From the human T2T-CHM13v2.0 reference genome, Homo sapiens: 64,000 nt of DNA. The notes beneath the pieces are model-generated. The model was not told where the DNA came from, made no database searches, and was given only the letters and a program-made list of their open reading frames with translations. Within the stretch, counting starts at the first letter, position 1. Each line of letters begins with the position of its first letter. Location: the NCBI RefSeq assembly GCF_009914755.1, contig NC_060938.1. One strand, written 5' to 3'. The translations under genes and the position numbers were made by a program. This document shows positions 54,300 to 64,000 of the stretch, piece by piece.

Positions 54300-57200
54300 T
54301 TTTGTGTTGCACTTCTAAAATAAATATCAATAAATCATTGCAGTTAGATACTCTAATATAGACAGAAATGTACTTGACTCCCTACAGTCATTACAATTGG
54401 AGGGGACTCTGATTAGGATGCTTTACTTAATTAAGTGATATCGTCTAAAGAGAGTTCTTCCCTCCATTTTCTGTTTAACAGTCTTACAAAACACCAACAG
54501 AGGAAATTCATTCTGTTGTTTGCTTTTCTTATTGTAAATGGTTTCTCCTCATTCATATTTTGCAGAAGATGATGTCGTGTTAATGAAATGGCTAATAAGC
54601 CAAAGACTGTGGTTCAGCTACACACAGAGTCTTGTTCAAATCAGCCCAGGCTACATAGACTGAAAACATTTTCACCCCATCTCAAAAATGTATTTTTAAA
54701 TTTATTTTTACAACATCTGTAACCTAAAATTAAGAAGATCCAAAAGAAAGTCTTTTCTGAAAAGTCACATTTCACCTACTTTATGTATGGTTCAGCGGAG
54801 ACCTTAAAAATCTGTTTCTTTGAGAAAACAGAAAAAAATGGACAAAGAATAAGCAATCCTTATGCATTAAATGTTATTTGTGAGGCATTTTGATTTTACT
54901 GAAAGAAGTCATTAAATTTGGATTGCCAATACAAATATGATTATATATGTTTTCTAAATAAAATGTTATTATGTTGTAACTGAACTCATCCATTTATTGT
55001 TTGTTTACCTAGTGCTCAAATGCATGTTTTATTCATAGATGTCTGGGAGAAAAAAATTTGCTTGATAATCACACCAAGCATATTTAACAAAAGCGATTCT
55101 CCTTTTATTAGTGAACAGGTTTAAGCAGAATGATTTCATTTTTTTCCCCATTTAGTTAATTCAGACTTGCAGGATCCTTAGCTTACAGCTTTTGTTTCTC
55201 CTCCCGCTGCCTTTTATGCCTTTAATGTATGCATGCCTATCCACTGATGGGAAAATATCATTTCCTGAAACTCTTCCTTTTTTCCTTCTTGACTACTCTC
55301 TCCGTTGATCTCTAGCTTTGGTTAGTTTTCACTAGTTAGTTCTGTCAAATCACTGTATGTACAAGACAGATAAATTGAAGCCAAGCAAATAGTTAATTAT
55401 CCTGTTGAAAAATTTAAACTCTCTTTCCTTAGAGTGAATTGGAATTCTAATTTGCTCATTCCTTTAACAAACAAATAATATATTTATATATTTAAAGCAA
55501 TTAAAAAGTGTATAGGACAGAAAGTCATAAAGTGAAGATTTATTAATATCTATGAAATTTTTATTACCAGAACATTTTAACAAAATATTTGCAACTTTAA
55601 CAAATTAACAATTGCCTTGTATTGAATTTAGCAACTTTATTTCTGTCTATTAAAAAGCAACATTAAATGTAAACACTCTCTTAAATGAACTCAACCAGCT
55701 TACAATAGATTATTTTCACCTTAATACAACATGCAGCTAAAAGCAATTAATAAACTGTAAAATTTAAATGCATGTCTCAAGATATAAAAGTGAATATTCA
55801 TGAATCAGATGCAAGGGGTTTATAATTAATTGCTAAATTATTAAAAGAACATTTTATAACAGCTAGAAATCTGAATTATTTGAATTATTTAATAGCTTGG
55901 TCATTTATCAAACAAAATAATAATAGCAACAATAATACATAATTGCCAAATGAGTTAATTAATGTTGTTTGACTCTAAGATTTTGTCTTGTCTTGTTTTA
56001 ACTGCGTACCATCCTGCTTAAAAATGTTTCCTTAAGCTGGATACACTCCGAAGTTACATAATTTTTCTTAATCTGGAAGTTAAGAAAATCACAGAAGAAT
56101 AGTAAAACAATGTGCCTGCTCAACATGTTACCCAAAGTGAATTCCAGAAGTTGTTCATAATTGCTTTTATTATTTTTAAAAGATGTCCTTTATTAAAAAT
56201 TAGCCTCATCTTAGTTTTAAAGTTCGTTCAATGTTAGTTTTTTCCCCCTGGTTTTGTAATCTAGATAATTTTAACAACTAAAAGCTTAGTTAGCCTACTC
56301 TCTGTTAAGCAAACTTCTTTATAGATTTTCTTTAAGCTTTTCATTTTAAAAGGTGCCTTTGTCCTGAAACTAAACATATGACACTCCTGTCCCCTAAGAA
56401 AATTTTTGAGAAATTGAATAACAGCAAGTAAATCCGATAGAGAATTTTTATCCCATTCCTGCTGTTTACTTATTTTAAAATAATTGTTTAAAGATGAAGA
56501 ATGTGTCTTTTTTCTTAAGTCTTTAAAAAGAATGAGAATTGTGTCTAATAAACCACTACTGAAGTTAGAATAGCCACTGAATTATTATCTGGCAGAAGAA
56601 TGTGAGTTCTATTTTGCCTGAACCAATTATCTTTATCAAATGACTTTTCTACCTAAATTGTTTGCTTAAGATATTATAGATATGCAGAGTTATTGTAATA
56701 TGCATTTTTAGGCCATTATTATTTAAATTCCTATAAATCAAACTAGATGTAACAGAGCCAATTTCAGGTTATTTGTTGAAACTGCTTTTCTTTGGAGCAG
56801 TTAACATTTGGAGCTAATGCTTCAATCCTAACAGGCAAATATATTAAATGTTTAAAATATAAACACAAATATTATTGCCTTTAATAGGCTATTTAGTAAG
56901 AAAAAGATTTACATCCTAACATGGGCTTTTTTCTGTGTTTGTAAGATGAGTGCTCTAAATAAAGTATTTGTCATCAAAGCTGTCTGTGTAAATTAGTAGA
57001 AAGAGTAACTTTCCTAAAGAGAACCTAGCTAAGAGACACCTCTTGCAATGGAAGTAGATCAAATCTGTTCAAAGAAAAGGTCAAAGAAAATTTATTGCTA
57101 GTGTGAAGACAGTTTCTTGAAACTATTTTTTTTCTACAGAAACCGAGTATTCAAGAAAGACAATATTTAGCAATGGGCTTTTGGGGGTTGGGAGGAGAAA

Positions 57201-58700
57201 AACATCTTGTGTGATGTAAAGGGAGAAAACATACAGACCACAACGAAATAAACAAACATTTTCTTTTGGCAAGAGATGACTGCAGAGTTGAAAGAGTAAA
57301 TTACTTCCATCAGCGAGTTGTACCTTATAAATTTAGGAGAATGGATCATCAACTCATTTGGAGGACAATTCTCTTTTTAATAGCAACAGTTTCACAGCTA
57401 GTTTTGTCTCTAAAAAGGATACCTGCTAGACATCCATAAATTAGCTTTTAAGAGGAAGCAAAACTTGATGACAAACTATTGTCAAGTTGTATATATTTCT
57501 GATTCAAGTTAAACATATTTTTAACAAACTGTCTTATGAATCTGTTTTGAAGCACTTCAGCGGCCCAGAGGGAGCTCTACCTTTAATATACAGACAAGGT
57601 AACAAAGACTGTCAAAAAAAGGAAAAAAAAAAAGTAAGATGCAGGGAAGAAAAAAAAGGAAACAAATGTCTATAAGGAACAAATTACAAACTTAACAAAA
57701 ATATGACAAAAGCAATATAATATTTTCTCCTAGTAGAACAATTAGTGAGTATAATAAATGAAACTAAAGCAAAACTTTTCTGGGTTGAACCAGGCATTGA
57801 ATGAATTGTAGAAACAGAATAGTGTTAAATATTGTATATTCGTTTAAAACATTTATGACGTAGGTGTTAATGCAGTTAATTTAGTTCAGTGTTCTGTTAA
57901 TATGAAAACTGCTATAATGTAGTACTTCGTTATTTATAGTGTACTAATTAATCATTCATAATATAATGGTTTACCCAGGAAAAGCTCAGTTATCTTTCAC
58001 AAGTACGACAGCCATATATAAAACATGTAATAATTCAAATTCATGCCCTTAATATTATTCTTAAAAATCAGTATTCTTCTCAGGTTCAAATACAGATAAA
58101 ATTAAAACAAAACAAAAAAAGGTAACTAAGATTGTCCCCCTTAAAGTGCAAGTAGAACAGCCTTTGGGGATTTTCAAGATCTTATTTTCATAACAGTAAC
58201 TTGAAAATAATTATTAGAAAGCACTGTTAAAAAGCATCATATATTTTTGATGAGTCAAATATTTATTTCCAGTCCTTTTTGCATCAAGACTGTGGGAAAT
58301 GTGTATTATGAAGATCAGATGGTGCACTGATGTGAGAAATGTTGCAAAGCATCCTGTTGATTTGTTCTAATTAACTGCAATGCTCTTGTGTTCTCAGTTT
58401 TAGCCGGCATACACCACACAATGCCTTTTATTTTGCTTTGAATGGATTTTTACTTAAAAACAGCTGATCTCAGTAACCACAGTATTTGGGGATTTTTTAT
58501 TTTTGTGAATTTCCCTGCAATGTTTTCTTTTCAATTTTAAAAGAAAAATTTGAAAATATTTCTAAATCATAAAGTATAACCAGTTAAATTACCAGCAATC
58601 ATGTGGTCTTCCACATGTATTTTGCATGTTCTGTAGTATGTGACTATATTCTCAAACTACATTTCAATTCCTCTTTAAAAGTTATATATCTGAGCAGTGG
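54300..58700. promoter_or_regulatory. Long repeat-depleted AT-rich intronic block, likely several conserved elements
   Basis: No Alu/L1/MIR recognisable over more than 4 kb. Dense TAAT/ATTA, TGTTTAC and GTAAACA motifs. Boundaries are approximate. Confidence 0.4.
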
Positions 58701-59511
58701 TTTAAGCAGAAAATTCTGAAAAGCAATTTAGAACACACCGCTAATTTTTTATTTTTGTAATCAGACTGTTAAGTAGAACAGAGCTAAAACCTGGGACCAT
58801 GAGCAAGGAATGAGAAGGATTCCAGAATAAAAGTATCAAATAAAATTCTTTGCACTCACCTTTCTCTGATGATTTAAACTCAAGCAGCTCTGACAGAGAG
58901 AAGTCATGAATTTTCATCAACTTCACACATGTCATACATTTAAAAACATTTTGATTTGCCCTGGGACCCCTGTATGTCTCTGAAGCATAGTAATAGTGCT
59001 GGGATGTTTTCTAGGTACAAACCCTATAAACTCCCAGGGCTCTAGAAGATACATTACTAATGTAAACAGGCCCTTAAGTGGAAAAAAAATTAAATAACAG
59101 GAAATTTCCAAAGAAATGCAGAATTTAAATGAAGGAGGCTATTTTTAGAAGCAGCACCCTTTCTATGATTTTAATGGTCACAATTGTATCCACACACTAG
59201 CTTTTGGAGAACATGCAGTTATTTGTCTCGAGAAATAGAATCATTTTGGACAGGAAAATCTATAATCTAAAAATTAGAGCTAAATCATTCATTAGCCTAG
59301 TAGACCTTAAAAGTGATTAAATAGTCTTCTTTTTGTTCGTGTAAGGATAAAATGTGACTCGTGAGCAGTCCAGCGTTTCAAAATGGCTACCAACATCCTT
59401 ACTCTTTCCAGGAGAAAGGCTAACTGTATAAAGTGGAGTAGAGTCAACATAGAGTTTTACCCCACGTAACACCTCTAAAGGTTATCTTCCAAATATTTGT
59501 CCCTCTTAAAA

Positions 59512-59546
<35 letters not shown>

Positions 59547-59649
59547 TAAGATGGGGTAAGAAATAAACATTAGGAGAGATTAATAAGTGCAAACAAAGCT
59601 GCCAATATAAAATGATATAAATAAAGTGCCATTACAAATAATTTACATT

Positions 59650-59790
59650 GTGCCCCTCATTTTACAACCGAGGAAACGGAGGCTAAAAGAGGTAAAGTGA
59701 CTTTCCCAAGGTCTTACAAAGACGAAGGTGTAAAGTTAAACTACAGGCAAGTCTCTTGAGTGCTGGCAATACCCTTTCTACAATACTACA
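59650..59790 (-). mobile_element. MIR
   Basis: cattttacaaccgaggaaacggaggctaaaagaggtaaagtgactttcccaaggtc. Confidence 0.8.
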
Positions 59791-60059
59791 CAGTCTTTCT
59801 TTTGTTAAACGCAGTAACAAAAATGTCCTCAGGTGGGTGTCAGTCATATAGTTAAGCAAAACAAAGTATGTATGTAAAAGGTATGTGCAGGTCTTACCAA
59901 ATTAATTGGCCATCTTTACACAGTGTAAAGTCTTTTTCTTTAAAAAGATGTTTCTTTGGAGAATATCTTTATGCCTTCATTCTTGCCAGGCTTTGAGGAT
60001 TTGTATCTATTTAATGAAAGGTGGTTCTCTTTAGCACACTTACACCAAGCATGCAGGTG

Positions 60060-60670
60060 AAAACCATCACCATATAGTCTCACTGTCACTAGTTTGCCCC
60101 TATTTCCATTCCATTCTTCACTCTGCTGACTGCCTGGCCTTTCTAAAATGCACATCTGATGATGTTTGAGTTTTTTTCAATGGCTTTCCATGTGCTACAT
60201 AAGGTAAAATCTACACTTCTTAGGCTGGCATTCAGGGGTCTTTGAAATGTTTAGCCTGTACCACCCCTTCAGTTTCACTTCTAACACTCTCCTCACATTT
60301 TATATTCTGGCAATGCAAGCTAGGAATGATTCCCTGAACATGATATGCCTCCTCATTGCCCCTGGGCCTTTGTGCATGCTGTTCCCTCCACCTGCAATGC
60401 CTGATAAAATCCTACTCCTCCTTGAAGAGTGAGCTCAAGCACCACCTTTTCTCCTCCTGCCAAATATAAATACTTCTGGGATTCCACGGCATCTTGCACA
60501 GACCTCACGTTGCTCCACCCATTGCATTGAACTGTAAATGTCTATTTACATGCCTATCTCTCCACACACATTATCTTTGAGGTTAAAGACATATCTTTCC
60601 CTCCATGCCTAGTACTTTGCCTGGTGTAAACATTGAGTGGATGTTTACTGACTAAATAAATGAATCAATG
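60060..60670 (+). mobile_element. L2 3' end
   Basis: ctttctaaaatgcacatctgat..gggcctttgtgcatgctgttccctc..gtttactgactaaataaatgaat. Confidence 0.8.
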
Positions 60671-61127
60671 TAAAGAGACCACCAATTTTGTTTTGTTATT
60701 ACAAAATCTGTAAGCCTTGGGGTGACATCCCTCAGTTCTTTTTTATAATATCTAAAGTGAGTGCACATGACAAAAGAATATTTTTACCAACCTCTTTTTA
60801 AGGTTTCTATTATATTAACTGTTGCCTACAAGTACAATTTTTAAATCACTCTTGCTTTATAGTGAATTGACTTGACTTTGGCATCAAATTGGTAGCGAAA
60901 TATAAATTGGTATCTTCATGTGAATGAAGAGGAGAATTCTCAGGTAAACAGTGGGCCACTGCTGTTGCAGATGTTGGTAAAGAGAATTGCCTTTTACGGC
61001 TCCATTTCTTATTAGGAACACAAGTTACAGGATAACCTGCAACCCATTAAGACTGTAAATGCATATTTGGGTATAAACATGAAGTGGTATCAGAATTTTT
61101 ATGCCAAGTGAGTGCTTTAAAAGAGAA

Positions 61128-61294
61128 TTTTTTTTTTTTATTAGAGGCGGGGTCCCAGGCTACCGTGCATTGGCGATTCACAGGTGTGATCACAGTGCAC
61201 TGCAGACTTGAACTCCTAGGCTCAAACAATCCTCCTGCCTCGTCTCAGCCTCCCAAGTGCCTGGGACTACAGGTGTGTGCCACCATGACTGGCT
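61128..61294 (-). mobile_element. Alu monomer (FAM/FRAM)
   Basis: Single arm. gagaattttt TSD on both flanks. Confidence 0.85.
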
Positions 61295-64000
61295 GAGAAT
61301 TTTTTGTTTTAAACTAGTGGAACTTAGATTTCAGATTTAGCTTATTTGAGGTTCAATTGCTGTTTGACTCTGTCCAGTCTTCTGCATTTTGCTGAACAGG
61401 CACTGCCAATGATGCAAATGTCTTCTAAAGGAGCCTGCTCAGCTGAAGCCAGGGATGCCCTTGATACAAAAACACACTTTCCACTTGCAATGATACCCTC
61501 ATATTTACTGGTAAAATAATTCACATTTAAAATTAAAAAGATTTTGCCAGCATATTCTTCCCCTAACATGTAGATAATCTTGAGCCAGGCCCCCAAGTCA
61601 ATGAAGAGATGCTTCAGTTGTTTGGGTTACTATAAGGCACAGGGCATCTCAATCCAGAAGCCACTTCCAATCTTATGATTCTCCCCGCCTGACTCCATGC
61701 CATTGGCTCCATTGTGCCCCAAGGCTATAGCCCCAACTCACATGTGAGGAATGTTCACCAAGGGACAGCAATTAGGAGGACAGTAATAGTAGACATTGCT
61801 CTTGTGTAATGGGTTCCCCTTGGTCATCAGATCACCTCTACAGAGCAGCCCTGTGTGGCATTATCATTAACAATCAACGCTGGTTTTTAAATTCTTTTCT
61901 GGTAGATAAAAAGAAATTGTCAATTCCCACCTCTACTCCTTATAGAATGATCATTTGTGAACCCCTCATCATTTTAGAAGATGGTTACCCTTTAGAATCT
62001 TAAAAGTCTTGAATGGTGGGTGTGTTAGGAAAGTTTAAGTCTGGAATGTAGAAAGAGATGAACTCTAAGGATTTTCTAAGTTATTAATTGTTAGAATTCA
62101 TTTTGTGTTGTATCTGGGATTTTGTTTGTTTTAAACAGTACAGCATCACCTCACATAGTTTTAATTTATGTAGCCAGGGAAATATAAAAGACACTTCTTT
62201 TACTAACTAACAAAGAATTGTCCCTCTTTTCTGTCATTTTTGAATCAAACTGACCTAGACTTTTAATAATTTTTGTTTACATAAAAAGAAGAAAAATGCT
62301 AATAATACTTCCTTACTTTTATATTTTGCATATCGGAAAGGATTACAACAAGAGAAGTACTGAAAAATGTTTTCTAAATTCATTGATTCAGAAAATATTT
62401 ACTGAGCAAATATTATGTACCAGGCTCTATAACAAGGTACTAACAGCAGATTTACAGCAGATAAAGAGAGAAAGAATATGGTTGTTTACAGCTCTAAATT
62501 TAAGAATGTAAAATGTGACCACCTATCAAATCACATAGTCTTGGAATTTCCTTCTGTGTACTTGCTCTCTGCTCTCTTAAAAGAAAAAACTTTATTCTTA
62601 TTCATTAGGATAAGTTTCAACTTTATAACTTAGTAAGAAAAAGTATATCTATGTCTCCAACTCAGGTGGGGCCATTTGAAGTTCTTCATAAATGTATAAA
62701 AAGACAAGGGCTTTGGTTTTCTTGTAGGTCTGAAATGAATCCATTACATTAAAATGACTTTTAGTAACAAGAGCAAGTAATGATTTGTATTATAAGTTAA
62801 TAAAATGGGGGTTTAGGCATATTTGTACAATAAGGTCTTTTTAAATTCACTTGTATAGACATTCCCTCTCACTCCTGCTTAAATGAACTTGGAAGATTGT
62901 TCATCATTCAGTATTGTTTAAATTACAAGGCACAAATCTGTCATCTGATTTTAAAATATTTTTCTCCCTTGGTAATGTAGATGACTAATGTCTATCTTTA
63001 TTCTTCAAGGAATATGATAATGTGATAACATAATTTGGGGAAAATTAGTTTTTTAATATCTCACATCTAAAGACCCCTTGGCATATTAGAAAATATATTA
63101 TTCTTCTAAAAATACATTTTGCTAGCCCTCCTGGCCACTCATACTTCGATAAACTGTGCCTTTCTTTTCTGTTCAAAAAGTGCCACAAGGCCTCTCATAC
63201 AAGCCAGTCCCTTTCACTGATGAAACCAGCCTACTTTCCATGGTATCTAATAATAAATGTTACGGCTTTGCCTTTAGTGATGGTAGTTCATTTTAGATCC
63301 CCAAACCACTTCCAATGTAAGAGTATGAGAAAAGAGCCTATCTACCAACAAAGGGAACCCAGGATGCCTTGTCTCAGCCTTACAATTCTTTTATGTTACA
63401 TTCCCAGATTTTACGTCCTCAAGAACACAACACTAATATTTGAGAGAGATGTGTTTTGCTTTTACAATGCCCCTGTATGCAAGATACCTGCTTGTTTTAA
63501 TTTGAAGAAGAAAAAAACTATGTTTATCTAATTTCAATTTCACATTACTCTGAAAATTGAGTACCTAAATCTTATCCATGTAGTAATAATTTCTCTATTG
63601 GAGTAATTGTTAAAAGCCAGAAGTTTGCTCTGTCGAAAAAAAGTGATAGTCCTCCAAATTTCATTGAAAGCTCTTGATTTTTTCCCCTTATTATTGTCTG
63701 ATAAGGGAAACTCTTCCTGATTTTTGTTCCCTATTAGTAATGAGAATCCCACTTCTATTTGTGACGGTTTTCAAAACTAGAACTATCAAGTAATGCGCTT
63801 AAACTTACTTTCCAAGGAAACTGAGTGAGAGCTCCTATACCTAAGTCACCTCTTATCATTCCCCTCCTTGCCCTTCCCAGAATGAATTCCCCCAGTGATT
63901 TATTATATGAGATAGCCGACTTAGAGATGGGGCTGACTGGTGGACCTGCCCACTGCCACTGAAGTTTTCCTCATACACTTTACATGCTCCCACAGGATTT

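Overview
Human (primate) genomic DNA: AT-rich, dense in Alu, L1, L2, MIR, MaLR and DNA-transposon relics, with no prokaryotic-type features. I recognise the locus as 14q13.3, just downstream of NKX2-1. Three minus-strand exons (52597-52507, 38402-38275, 35188-~34600) splice in frame to give the last 80 residues of the 94-aa SFTA3 ('SP-H') ORF (VLFLQDQAQRLTEWLQLSGFENPVSESTTL-C-LREREKRIPTCVAVCVPSPGTVHTALLHPTTLSQSRSSSEAK-MLIIHTA*). The same transcript is also described as the lncRNA NANCI. The first coding exon and NKX2-1 lie beyond the right edge. Several repeat-free blocks rich in homeobox, FOX, SOX and NK2 motifs (about 100-1300, 3950-4450, 14500-15150, 25380-27250, 54300-58700) look like NKX2-1 long-range enhancers. 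Apart from the three ORFs overlapping these exons, the ORF track looks like Alu-derived or chance ORFs. I found no new multi-gene system. The most interesting observations are the fragile splice sites on which the SFTA3 ORF depends, candidate enhancers and a CTCF-like cluster, small recent duplication and template-switch scars, and an unclassified ~1.85 kb insertion. Locus identity and repeat subfamilies are from memory and were not checked against databases.
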